32,000 bases of DNA. It comes from Micrococcus luteus NCTC 2665. GTDB taxonomy: Bacteria > Actinomycetota > Actinomycetes > Actinomycetales > Micrococcaceae. The stretch covers positions 1,680,001 through 1,712,000 of the forward strand of contig NC_012803.1 of NCBI RefSeq assembly GCF_000023205.1, read 5' to 3'. The translations under genes and the position numbers were made by a program. Under the pieces are notes generated by a model. The model saw only the letters and a list, made by a program, of their open reading frames with translations, had not been told where the DNA came from and ran no database searches. Below are positions 17,485 through 26,000 of the stretch, one piece after another (the stretch's first letter is position 1; every line of letters starts with the position of its first letter).

Positions 17485-18492
17485 ATGCCGCGCGTCGTGA
17501 CTCCTCTGTCGCCCGACCAGCCCGCCGTCCTGTCGGCCACGGACCTGGCCCGACTGGGGCTGCCGCCCGACCGCGCCCGCCGGTCGGACCTGGAGCGGGT
17601 CGGGCAGGGCATCCACCGGCAGCGGGCACGCCCTGGCACGGGCTGGGCCGACCTGGGCCTGCCCGAGCCCGGGCACGGCTTCTCCCCCGATCACCTCGCC
17701 GCGCTCCTGCGTCGGCGCCCGGATGCCGTCCTCTCCCACGAGACCGCGGCCCACCTGCACGGCCTGCCGATGCCCACGCGAGCCTGGCGGCGGCGCGACC
17801 CGGCGACGGGCGAGCTCGAGGCCGGCCCGCCGGCGCACCTCACCGTGGCCCGGGGGACGCGACGCGTCCGGCGGGCCGGACTGATGGACCACCGCAGGCC
17901 GCTGGCGCCCGAGTTCGTCACGCACGTGCACGGCCTGCGCGTCACCACCGTCGATCGCACCTGGCTGGACCTGTGCTCCCTGACTCCCCCGTGGACGTTC
18001 GAGGACCTCGTGGCCGCCGGCGACCACGCCGTCCGGCACCCGTGGACGCCCGCGGGCCGGACGGACCCGGCCACCACGATCGCCGCGCTGCGGTCGGCGC
18101 TGCACGCGTCCGGACGCTTCCATGGCCGCCCGGCCGCGCGGGAGGCGCTGGATTCCGTTCGCGTCGGGGCGGACTCGCCGCCCGAGACCCGCCTGCGCCT
18201 GGCCCTCGTGGCCGGCGGGCTGCCGGAGCCGGAGCTGCAGGCCGCGCTCGAGCCCGGGGACCCCGTCTCCCCCGTGGCCGACCTCGCCTACCGCCACGTG
18301 CGCCTGGCCCTGCAGTACGACGGTGCGGGGCACCGCACGCGGGAGCAACAGGCGCGCGACGCCCACCGGGACCGCTACGGCCAGGCGCGCGGCTGGACGA
18401 CGCTCCGCGTCACCTGGGCCGATGGGCGCGAGGACTTCCGTGGCGTCGTCGCGGTGGTCCGACGCCGCCTCGGCCACTCCGCCTCGACATGA
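17485..18492 (+). CDS. DUF559/Vsr-like endonuclease-domain protein with AbiEi-like N-terminal region (hypothetical; accessory)
   Basis: First in-frame ATG is at 17485; there is no SD and no leaderless -10, so the start is uncertain. The C-terminus ADLAYRHVRLALQYDGAGHRTREQQARDAHRDRYGQARGWTTLRVTWAD resembles the DUF559 (restriction-endonuclease-like) fold. The N-terminus (LSATDLARLGL...LERVGQGIHR; AVLSHETAAHLHGLP; HLTV; VTTVDRTWLDL) resembles the AbiEi-type domains common in multi-copy actinobacterial hypotheticals. Assignment is by eye only. Confidence 0.6.
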   Translation: MPRVVTPLSPDQPAVLSATDLARLGLPPDRARRSDLERVGQGIHRQRARPGTGWADLGLPEPGHGFSPDHLAALLRRRPDAVLSHETAAHLHGLPMPTRAWRRRDPATGELEAGPPAHLTVARGTRRVRRAGLMDHRRPLAPEFVTHVHGLRVTTVDRTWLDLCSLTPPWTFEDLVAAGDHAVRHPWTPAGRTDPATTIAALRSALHASGRFHGRPAAREALDSVRVGADSPPETRLRLALVAGGLPEPELQAALEPGDPVSPVADLAYRHVRLALQYDGAGHRTREQQARDAHRDRYGQARGWTTLRVTWADGREDFRGVVAVVRRRLGHSAST

Positions 18493-18511
18493 AGACGCTC
18501 CGGCGAACGCA

Positions 18512-18566
18512 TTGGGGGCGGTTTCGGGTGGTATTCCGTCGGAATACCACCCGAAACCGCCCCCCA
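18512..18566. repeat. Palindromic element, copy B: perfect 25-bp stem, also the likely bidirectional terminator for the DUF559 ORF and gltA
   Basis: 18514-18538 GGGGGCGGTTTCGGGTGGTATTCCG, t at 18539, 18540-18564 CGGAATACCACCCGAAACCGCCCCC. I checked every one of the 25 pairs. The element lies 21 nt after the DUF559 stop and 24 nt after the gltA stop. Confidence 0.9.
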
Positions 18567-18588
18567 ACGCAGGGTCAGCGCCCCCGGG

Positions 18589-19875
18589 TCAGCGCTGCGG
18601 GTACTGGCGCAGCTGCTCGCCCACGTAGATCTGGCGCGGGCGGCCGATCTTGGTGGCCGGGTCCTCCATGAGCTCGCGCCACTGGGCGATCCAGCCGGGC
18701 AGGCGGCCCAGGGCGAAGAGGACGGTGAACATCTTCTCCGGGAAGCCCATGGCCTTGTAGATCACGCCGGTGTAGAAGTCGACGTTCGGGTAGAGCTTGC
18801 GCTCCACGAAGTAGTCGTCGGCGAGGGCCTTCTCCTCGAGGCGCTGGGCGATCTCGAGCAGCTCGTCGTTGCCGCCCATCTTGCCCAGGATGTCCTCGGC
18901 GGTCTTCTTGATGATCTTGGCCCGCGGGTCGTAGTTCTTGTACACGCGGTGGCCGAAGCCCATCAGGCGGACGCCGTCCTCCTTGTTCTTCACCTTCTCC
19001 ATGAAGTCCTCGGGCGTGATGCCCTCCGACTTGATCTTCCGGAGCATGTTCAGCACGGCCTCGTTGGCGCCGCCGTGCAGCGGGCCGTAGAGGGCGTTGA
19101 TGCCGGCGGACACCGAGGCGAACAGGTTGGCCTGGGTGGAGCCGACCAGGCGCACCGTGGAGGTGGAGGCGTTCTGCTCGTGGTCGGCGTGCAGCATGAG
19201 CAGCAGGTCGAGGGCCTTGACCACGTCCGGGTCGATGTCATATTCCTCGGCCGGCACGCCGAAGCACAGGCGGAGGAAGTTCTCCACGTAGTTCAGCGAG
19301 TTGTGCGGGTACATGAACGGCTGGCCCAGCGACTTCTTGAACGCGTAGGAGGCCAGCACCGGCAGCTTGCCCAGCAGACGCACGGTGGAGATGTGGACCT
19401 GCTCCGGATCGTGCGGGTCCAGGGAGTCCGGGTAGAACGTGGACAGCCCGGACACGGAGGAGGACAGCACCGGCATGGGGTGCGCGTCCCGCGGGAAGCC
19501 GTTGAAGAACAGCTTGAGGTCCTCGTGCACCATGTTGTGGCGCAGGATGTTGGTCTCCCAGGCCTCCAGGGTCTCCTTGGACTCGGGCAGCTCGCCGTAG
19601 ATCAGCAGGTAGGCCACCTCCATGAAGGAGGAATGCTCGGCGAGGTCCTCGATGGCGTAGCCGCGGTAGCGCAGGATGCCCTGGTCGCCGTCGATGAACG
19701 TGACGGCCGACTTGGCGTTCGCCGTGTTCATGAAGCCCGGGTCGTAGGTGACGTCGCCGGTCTCCTTCAGGAGCGGGGCGATGTTGATGCCGTTGTTGCC
19801 TTCGGTGGCGCGCTCGACGCCGAGGTCCAGGCTCTGCTCGCCGACGGTCAGCCGGACGGACTCGTTCTGGGTCAC
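18589..19875 (-). CDS. gltA: Citrate synthase (type II)
   Basis: GTG 19875 has SD GAGGGAG about 8 nt upstream. Motifs ILRYRGYAIEDL, MLHADHEQNASTST and GFGHRVYKNYDPRA are present. The 709-aa ORF in the track is extended upstream by antisense shadow of dapC. Confidence 0.9.
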   Translation of the reverse strand: MTQNESVRLTVGEQSLDLGVERATEGNNGINIAPLLKETGDVTYDPGFMNTANAKSAVTFIDGDQGILRYRGYAIEDLAEHSSFMEVAYLLIYGELPESKETLEAWETNILRHNMVHEDLKLFFNGFPRDAHPMPVLSSSVSGLSTFYPDSLDPHDPEQVHISTVRLLGKLPVLASYAFKKSLGQPFMYPHNSLNYVENFLRLCFGVPAEEYDIDPDVVKALDLLLMLHADHEQNASTSTVRLVGSTQANLFASVSAGINALYGPLHGGANEAVLNMLRKIKSEGITPEDFMEKVKNKEDGVRLMGFGHRVYKNYDPRAKIIKKTAEDILGKMGGNDELLEIAQRLEEKALADDYFVERKLYPNVDFYTGVIYKAMGFPEKMFTVLFALGRLPGWIAQWRELMEDPATKIGRPRQIYVGEQLRQYPQR

Positions 19876-20021
19876 GGGTGTGCTCCCTCGTTCTCTTCTG
19901 GATGGCCCGCGGTCCACGCACCGGGTGGGCGCGCGCACGCGGGGACGACTCTGCTCCAAACTACCAAGGACCGGCCCGGGACACGCGGTCGCTTCCCCCG
20001 ACGACGGCCCTCGGCCCCGGC

Positions 20022-21173
20022 TCAGCCGGTCCGCGGCCCGCGGGCGGTGAGTCTCGCCGCGGCCCGGGCGACCGCCTCGTCCGTGGCGGTGATCGCCACG
20101 CGGACGTAGCCCTCGCCGCCGGCACCGTAGAACACGCCGGGCCCGGCGATGATGCCCAGGTCCGCCAGTTCGCCCAGCAGGTCCCACGAGTCCTGCGCCG
20201 TGGCGTCGGCCGGGTCCAGGCCCGTCCGCCGGGTCCACAGGTACAGCCCCGCCTCGGAGTGGTCCACCGTGTGGCCGGAGGCCTCCAGCGCGGTGCGCAG
20301 TGCGTCCCGACGGCGGCGGTAGCGGTCCTTCTGCTCCGCCACGTGTGCGTCGTCGGCCAGGGCCACGGCCATCGCGTGCTGCACCGGGGCGGGCACGATC
20401 ATGCCCGCGTGCTTGCGGGTGTTGACCAGGGTCGCCACGAGCTGCGGATCCCCCGCGGCGAACGCGGCGCGGTAGCCGGCGAGGTTGGACTGCTTGGACA
20501 GCGAGTAGACGCTCAGCAGGCCTGTCAGGTCGCCACCGGAGACCTCGTCGGACAGGATGCAGGGCACGACGGCCCCGTCCCACGCGTCCCAGCCGAGCTC
20601 GGCGTAGCACTCGTCCCCGCACACCACGGCGCCCACGGCACGGGCGGCGTCGACCGTGCGGCGCAGCGCCGCCGCGTCCAGCACGGCGCCGGTGGGGTTG
20701 GCCGGCGAGTTGGTCCACACGAGGCGCACCCGCTCACGCACCTCGGGCGCCAGGGCGTCGAGGTCGTCCGCGGCCACGGCCTCCGCCCCGGCCAGCAGCG
20801 CGCCCACCGCATAGGTGGGGTAGGCGGCCTCGGGGTGGACGACGACGTCGCCTGCGCCGAGCCCGAGCAGCGTGGGCAGCCACGCGATGAACTCCTTGGA
20901 CCCGACCGTGGGCACCACGGCCGCCGGGTCCAGCCCGGACACCCCGCGGCGCCGGGCGTACCAGTCGACGACCGCGCGGCGCAGGGCGTCCGTGCCGTGC
21001 GTCGTCGGGTAGCCGTGCGCGTCGGCGGCCTCGGTCAGGGCCCGGCGGATCAGGTCCGGCGTCGGATCCACGGGCGTGCCGATGGACAGGTCCGCGACGC
21101 CGTCCGGGTGGGCGGCGGCACGCTCACGGTAGGGGGTGAGCGTGTCCCACGGGTAGTCCGGCAGCGTCAGCAT
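20022..21173 (-). CDS. dapC: Succinyldiaminopimelate transaminase (class I PLP aminotransferase)
   Basis: PLP-lysine motif SLSKQSNLAGYR, N-terminal LPDYPWDTL, NSPANPTG. It starts 5 nt downstream of the fdxA stop, matching the fdx-dapC pairing typical of actinobacteria. Confidence 0.85.
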   Translation of the reverse strand: MLTLPDYPWDTLTPYRERAAAHPDGVADLSIGTPVDPTPDLIRRALTEAADAHGYPTTHGTDALRRAVVDWYARRRGVSGLDPAAVVPTVGSKEFIAWLPTLLGLGAGDVVVHPEAAYPTYAVGALLAGAEAVAADDLDALAPEVRERVRLVWTNSPANPTGAVLDAAALRRTVDAARAVGAVVCGDECYAELGWDAWDGAVVPCILSDEVSGGDLTGLLSVYSLSKQSNLAGYRAAFAAGDPQLVATLVNTRKHAGMIVPAPVQHAMAVALADDAHVAEQKDRYRRRRDALRTALEASGHTVDHSEAGLYLWTRRTGLDPADATAQDSWDLLGELADLGIIAGPGVFYGAGGEGYVRVAITATDEAVARAAARLTARGPRTG

Positions 21174-21178
21174 GGGGC

Positions 21179-21505
21179 TCAGGCGTCGGCGTTCTGCAGG
21201 GGCAGGGCGGAGATGATCGGGTGGTCCTTGGCGATCATGCCCAGCTTGGCGGCGCCGCCCGGGGAGCCCAGGTCATCGAAGAACTCGACGTTGGCCTTGT
21301 AGTACTCGGCCCACTCGTCGGGGGTGTCGTCCTCGTAGTAGATGGCCTCGACGGGGCACACCGGCTCGCACGCACCGCAGTCGACGCACTCGTCCGGGTG
21401 GATGTAGAGCATGCGCTCACCCTCGTAGATGCAGTCCACGGGGCATTCGTCGATGCACGCCTTGTCCTTGACGTCCACACACGGCAACGCGATCACGTAG
21501 GTCAT
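21179..21505 (-). CDS. fdxA: 7Fe ferredoxin ([3Fe-4S][4Fe-4S])
   Basis: MTYVIALPCVDVKDKACIDECPVDCIY...CVDCGACEPVCPVEAI, the classic CxxxxxxC...CP and CxxCxxCxxxCP cysteine pattern. The product is 108 aa from ATG 21505. Confidence 0.9.
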   Translation of the reverse strand: MTYVIALPCVDVKDKACIDECPVDCIYEGERMLYIHPDECVDCGACEPVCPVEAIYYEDDTPDEWAEYYKANVEFFDDLGSPGGAAKLGMIAKDHPIISALPLQNADA

Positions 21506-22068
21506 GGCTGACCGTCCACCTCTCTCTGGGCACGGGGTTGCGGGGCTGCGGTCCAGGGTACTCGCTCCCCCGGACGCGTTTCGCGGGCGGTCACAGTAGC
21601 CCGGCGGGGGCGCGTGGCGCCGTCGGCGGCCCCTGCGGGTCGGCGGTCCAGCCGCCGGCCCGCGGCCAGCAGGACCAGGCCGAGCGCCGGCTGGCCGACG
21701 TTCCAGGCCACGGAGGCGACGACGGCGCCCGGCGCCGCCGCCCACAGGCCGGCCGTCCAGGACACCCCCAGGGCGTCGTCCACCGGCAGGCGCTGCAGGG
21801 CCAGGACGGCGGTGAACGCGCCGGCGACGACCGCGGCCCCCGCCGGCAGGGCTCGCCCGCCGCGGCCCGCGCGTCGGACCATCCACCAGCGCTGCGTCGA
21901 GCCGACGAGCACGAGCGCCAGCACCGCACCCCAGGGCAGGGCCCAGCCGCCCGGCAGGGAGGCCAGGTTCAGATGGACGGCGGTGCCGAGCGCGCCGGCG
22001 ACGACGCCGAGCAGCGCCCCGCCCACCACGTCGGCGGGCCGGGCGCGTCGGCGGGGACGGTCAGGCAC
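21502..22068 (-). CDS. Hypothetical small membrane protein (start and true C-terminus uncertain)
   Basis: Four hydrophobic segments with high GC3 (GALLGVVAGALGTAV, ALPWGAVLALVLVG, AAVVAGAFTAVLAL, LWAAAPGAVVASVAW). GTG 22068 overlaps the typA 3' end by 8 nt. In the last ~35 codons the high-GC3 signature is lost, yet the frame stays open until an ATGA overlap with fdxA. Confidence 0.5.
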   Translation of the reverse strand: MPDRPRRRARPADVVGGALLGVVAGALGTAVHLNLASLPGGWALPWGAVLALVLVGSTQRWWMVRRAGRGGRALPAGAAVVAGAFTAVLALQRLPVDDALGVSWTAGLWAAAPGAVVASVAWNVGQPALGLVLLAAGRRLDRRPAGAADGATRPRRATVTARETRPGERVPWTAAPQPRAQREVDGQP

Positions 22069-23971
22069 GGGCGCGGGCGCGCGCGGCCTTCAGGCGCTCG
22101 TTGGCGTCCAGGACGACCTTGCGGATGCGGATGTCCTCGGGGGTGATCTCCACGCACTCGTCCTCGCGGGCGAACTCGAGGGACTCCTCGAGGGTGAGCC
22201 GGCGCGGGGGCGTCAGGCCCTCGAACGACTCGGAGGAGGCCGCACGCATGTTGGTGAGCTTCTTCTCCTTGGTGATGTTCACGTCCATGTCGTCGGCGCG
22301 CGAGTTCTCGCCCACGATCATGCCCTCGTACACCTCGGCGCCGGGCTGCACGAAGAAGGTGCCGCGCTCCTGCAGGTTGATCATGGCGAACGGCGTGGCG
22401 GAGCCCGCGCGGTCGGCCACGAGGGAGCCGTTGGTGCGGTACTCGATCTCACCGGTCCACGGCTCGTAGCCGGCCGCGTAGGAGGAGGCGATGCCCGCGC
22501 CGCGGGTCTCGGTGAGGAAGCGGGTGCGGAAGCCGATCAGGCCGCGGGCCGGGACCAGGAACTCCATGCGGATCCAGCCCGTGCCGTGGTTGGACATCTC
22601 CTGCATGCGGCCCTTGCGGGCGGCCATGAGCTGCGTGACCGCGCCCATGAACTCCTCGGGGATGTCGATGGTCATGCGCTCCATCGGCTCGTGGACCTTG
22701 CCGTCCACGGTCCGGGTGACCACCTGCGGCTTGCCCACGGTGAGCTCGAAGCCCTCGCGGCGCATCTGCTCCACGAGGATGGCCAGGGCGAGCTCGCCGC
22801 GGCCCTGCACCTCCCACGCATCCGGGCGCTCGGTGGGGAGCACCTTGAGCGAGACGTTGCCGATCAGCTCCTTGTCCAGGCGGTCCTTCACCTGGCGGGC
22901 CGTGACCTTGGCGCCCTTGACGCGGCCGGCCAGCGGGGAGGTGTTGATGCCCACGGTCATGGAGATGGCCGGGTCGTCCACCGTGATCAGCGGCAGCGGC
23001 TTCGGGTTCTCCGCGTCGGTGAGGGTCTCGCCGATCATGATGTCCTCGATGCCGGCGACGGCGACGATCTCGCCCGGGCCGGCCTCCTCCGCGGGCACGC
23101 GCTCGAGGCCCTTGGTGGCCAGCAGCTCGGTGATCTTCACGGTCTTCAGGGCGCCGTCCTGGCGGGCCCACGCGACCTGCTGGCCCTTGCGGAGGGTGCC
23201 GTTGAAGATGCGCAGCAGCGCGAGGCGGCCGAGGAACGGGGAGGCGTCCAGGTTGGTGACGTGCGCCTGGAGGACCTCGCCCTCGGTGTAGGACGGGGCC
23301 GGGATGTGCTCCATGATCACGTTGAAGAGGGCCTCGAGGTCCTCGGCCTCCGGCAGGGCGCCGTCGGCGGGCTGGGTCAGGGAGGCACGGCCGGCCTTGC
23401 CCGAGGCGTAGACGACGGGGACGTCCAGCACCGAGTCGAGGTCCAGGTCCGGGTCCTCCTCGGCCAGGTCCGAGGCCAGGCCGAGCAGCAGGTCCATGGA
23501 GTCGGAGACGACCCCGTCGATGCGCGCGTCCGGGCGGTCCGTCTTGTTGACCACGAGGATCACGGGCAGCTTGGCCGCGAGGGCCTTGCGGAGCACGAAG
23601 CGGGTCTGGGGCAGCGGGCCCTCGGAGGAGTCCACGAGCAGCACGACGCCGTCCACCATGGACAGGCCGCGCTCCACCTCGCCGCCGAAGTCGGCGTGGC
23701 CGGGGGTGTCGATCACGTTGATGGTGACGGTCTCGCCCTCGGGGGCGGACGGGCCGGAGTAGAACACCGTGGTGTTCTTGGCGAGGATCGTGATCCCCTT
23801 CTCCTTCTCCAGGTCCCCGGAGTCCATGACCCGCTCGGCGACGTCGCCGTGCGTGTTGAAGGCACCGGTCTGGCGCAGCATGGCGTCCACCATCGTGGTC
23901 TTGCCATGGTCCACGTGGGCCACGATGGCCACGTTGCGCAGATCGGAGCGGCGGGTTTCGGTCGAGGTCAT
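22061..23971 (-). CDS. typA: Translational GTPase TypA/BipA
   Basis: G1 [10 protein letters not shown]3 [15 protein letters not shown]4 NKTDR, then EF-G-like domains. ATG 23971 yields the [26 protein letters not shown]-terminus. Confidence 0.92.
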   Translation of the reverse strand: MTSTETRRSDLRNVAIVAHVDHGKTTMVDAMLRQTGAFNTHGDVAERVMDSGDLEKEKGITILAKNTTVFYSGPSAPEGETVTINVIDTPGHADFGGEVERGLSMVDGVVLLVDSSEGPLPQTRFVLRKALAAKLPVILVVNKTDRPDARIDGVVSDSMDLLLGLASDLAEEDPDLDLDSVLDVPVVYASGKAGRASLTQPADGALPEAEDLEALFNVIMEHIPAPSYTEGEVLQAHVTNLDASPFLGRLALLRIFNGTLRKGQQVAWARQDGALKTVKITELLATKGLERVPAEEAGPGEIVAVAGIEDIMIGETLTDAENPKPLPLITVDDPAISMTVGINTSPLAGRVKGAKVTARQVKDRLDKELIGNVSLKVLPTERPDAWEVQGRGELALAILVEQMRREGFELTVGKPQVVTRTVDGKVHEPMERMTIDIPEEFMGAVTQLMAARKGRMQEMSNHGTGWIRMEFLVPARGLIGFRTRFLTETRGAGIASSYAAGYEPWTGEIEYRTNGSLVADRAGSATPFAMINLQERGTFFVQPGAEVYEGMIVGENSRADDMDVNITKEKKLTNMRAASSESFEGLTPPRRLTLEESLEFAREDECVEITPEDIRIRKVVLDANERLKAARARARA

Positions 23972-24019
23972 GGGCGTCCTGTCCGGTTCGACATCAAAGG
24001 GGTGGAGGCGCACGACGAC

Positions 24020-24055
24020 GGCGGCCCCCGTGCGATTGTACGCGCAGGGGCCGCC
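24020..24055 (-). terminator. Stem-loop downstream of the ABC ATPase gene (operon terminator candidate)
   Basis: ggcggcccc (24020-24028) pairs with ggggccgcc (24047-24055), plus 4 further bp after a 1-nt bulge. There is no U-tract. Confidence 0.45.
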
Positions 24056-24119
24056 GTGGACCGGCGGGCCGGTGGGCCCGGGGCCGGCGGCGGGACGCGC
24101 CCGCCGCCGACCCGCGCGG

Positions 24120-26000
24120 TCAGTAGACGCCCTCGCCGAGGGAGGCGAGGAACTCGCGGCGCTCCTGGCGACGCTCCGCCTGCTGGTCCGGGTCCGGCAC
24201 GGGCGCCGCCGCCAGGAGGCGACGGGTGTACTCCTCCTTCGGGCGGTGGAGCACCTCCTCCGTGGGGCCCTGCTCCACCTGGCGGCCGTCCTTGAGGACG
24301 AGCACCTTGTGGGCCAGCATGTCCACCACCGCGAGGTCGTGAGACACGAACAGGCACGCGAACTCGTAGCGCTGCTGCAGCTCCGCGAACATGTCCAGCA
24401 CGGCGGCCTGGACGGACACGTCCAGGGCCGAGGTCGGCTCGTCCGCGATGAGCACCTGGGGGTCCAGGGTCAGGGCGCGGGCGATCGAGATGCGCTGGCG
24501 CTGACCGCCGGAGAGCTCGTGCGGGTACCGGTTCACCACGGAGCGCGGCAGCCGCACCGCGTCCAGCAGCTCCTCGGCGCGGGCCAGGCGTGAGCGCCGG
24601 TCCCCCACCTTGTGCACGACCATCGGCTCGGTGATGATGTCGCCGATCGGGAACCGCGGGTCCAGCGAGGCCGCCGGGTCCTGGAAGACCACGCCGATGT
24701 TCTTGCGCAGGGCGCGCTGCTCGGCCTTGGGCATCGTCGCCAGGTCGTGGCCCTGGATGCGCAGCGAGCCCTCCGCGATGGTGAGCAGGCCGAGCACCGA
24801 CTTGGCGATCGTGGACTTGCCTGACCCGGACTCGCCCACCAGACCCAGGATCTCGCCCGGGGCCACCTGGAAGCTGACGTCGTGCACCACGCGGTTCTTC
24901 TTGCCGCGGTGGTCGTACTCGAGGTGGAGGTTCTCCGCCTCGATCGCGTACCGGGCCTGCGTCTGCGTGGCCGTGACCGGCTCCGGCTCCGCCACCTCGA
25001 GGGGCTCGCCGAGGCGCGGCACCGCCGAGAGCAGCTTCTGGGTGTACGGGTGCCGGGCGTGCTGGAGCACCTGGTGCACCGAGCCCTGCTCCACGAGCTC
25101 GCCGTGGAGCATCACGCACACGCGGTCCGCCATGTCCGCCACCACGCCCATGTTGTGCGTGATGAGCAGGATGCCGGTGTTCATCTTGTTCTTCAGGGAG
25201 CGCAGCAGCTCCAGGATCTCGGCCTGGACCGTCACGTCGAGCGCCGTGGTGGGCTCGTCCGCGATGATCACCTTCGGCGAGCAGCTGATCGCCATCGCGA
25301 TGACGATGCGCTGGCGCTGGCCGCCCGAGAACTGGTGGGGGTACTGCTTGAGGCGGGTGGCGGCGTCGGGGATGCCCACCATGGTGAGCAGCTCGACGGC
25401 GCGCTTGTCCGCCTCGGTGCCGTAGGCGATGCCGTGCAGCTCGAGGGCCTCCGTGAGCTGGTCGCCCACGGTGAGGACGGGGTTCAGGGCCGTCATGGGC
25501 TCCTGGAACACCATCGCCACCTCGTCGCCGCGGATGCCGCGCAGCTGCCCCGGGGTCATGGTGAGCACGTCGCGGCCGGCCAGCTGCACGGAGCCGGTGA
25601 CGTCCGCATTGCCCGGGAGCAGGCCCATGGCGGTGGCGCTCGTGACGGACTTGCCGGAGCCGGACTCGCCCACGAGGGCGACGACCTCGCCGGGTTTGAC
25701 GTCGAACGTCACGCCCTTGACCGCGTGCACCTCGCCGAACTCGGTCGCGAACTTCACGTCCACGTCGCGGAAGGCGAGCACCGGCTCGCCGCCCAGGTCG
25801 TCGTGGCGGGCCACGACGCCCATCGCGCTCGTCGCGGGGCCCGGAGGGACGCCGACGGCGCCGGAGGAGCCGGGCACGGCGGCGCCGCGCGCCTCGAGGT
25901 CGGCCGACGACGCCGCGTGCGAGCCCTGCCCGTCGGCGGTCACGTCGTTCTCGTTCTTCTTGCCGAACATGGATCGGCCTTTCTTGTCGTTCGCGCTCAT
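24120..26000 (-). CDS. Peptide/nickel-type ABC transporter ATP-binding protein, fused double ATPase (DppD-DppF-like)
   Basis: Two complete NBDs: Walker [12 protein letters not shown] and [11 protein letters not shown], signatures FSGGQRQR and [11 protein letters not shown] 26000 overlaps the upstream permease stop (ATGA). A ~75-aa low-complexity N-terminal extension begins [19 protein letters not shown]. Confidence 0.9.
   Translation of the reverse strand: MSANDKKGRSMFGKKNENDVTADGQGSHAASSADLEARGAAVPGSSGAVGVPPGPATSAMGVVARHDDLGGEPVLAFRDVDVKFATEFGEVHAVKGVTFDVKPGEVVALVGESGSGKSVTSATAMGLLPGNADVTGSVQLAGRDVLTMTPGQLRGIRGDEVAMVFQEPMTALNPVLTVGDQLTEALELHGIAYGTEADKRAVELLTMVGIPDAATRLKQYPHQFSGGQRQRIVIAMAISCSPKVIIADEPTTALDVTVQAEILELLRSLKNKMNTGILLITHNMGVVADMADRVCVMLHGELVEQGSVHQVLQHARHPYTQKLLSAVPRLGEPLEVAEPEPVTATQTQARYAIEAENLHLEYDHRGKKNRVVHDVSFQVAPGEILGLVGESGSGKSTIAKSVLGLLTIAEGSLRIQGHDLATMPKAEQRALRKNIGVVFQDPAASLDPRFPIGDIITEPMVVHKVGDRRSRLARAEELLDAVRLPRSVVNRYPHELSGGQRQRISIARALTLDPQVLIADEPTSALDVSVQAAVLDMFAELQQRYEFACLFVSHDLAVVDMLAHKVLVLKDGRQVEQGPTEEVLHRPKEEYTRRLLAAAPVPDPDQQAERRQERREFLASLGEGVY

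Noticed and set aside
17281-18566. Reading the two palindromes as integron attC sites, since a single promoterless ORF between imperfect palindromes resembles a gene cassette and GTTGGGG resembles the GTTRRRY core.
   Set aside because: There is no integrase and no attI in the window. The palindromes are nearly perfect rather than showing the attC-typical extrahelical bases and variable centre. The core match is imperfect (last base G, not Y). The flanking genes are essential core genes rather than a cassette array.
17213-18597. The 9-mer CTGACCCGG is shared, in inverted orientation, by the 3' ends of dapD (17213-17221) and gltA (minus strand, 18591-18583). It could be read as terminal inverted repeats or a target duplication.
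   Set aside because: The match is short, GC-rich, includes a stop codon and has no extension beyond 9 nt. I cannot distinguish it from chance without genome-wide k-mer statistics.
18589-20718. 709-aa ORF suggesting a citrate synthase with a 280-aa N-terminal extension. Similar over-extended ORFs: 24120..26951, 25997..28474, 15085..17217, 13750..14985, 21179..21886.
   Set aside because: The extensions are Arg/Gly/Pro-rich and lie antisense to, or out of frame with, neighbouring real genes. Internal starts with an SD, ATGA/GTGA coupling or a leaderless -10 box give normal-length proteins with canonical N-termini.
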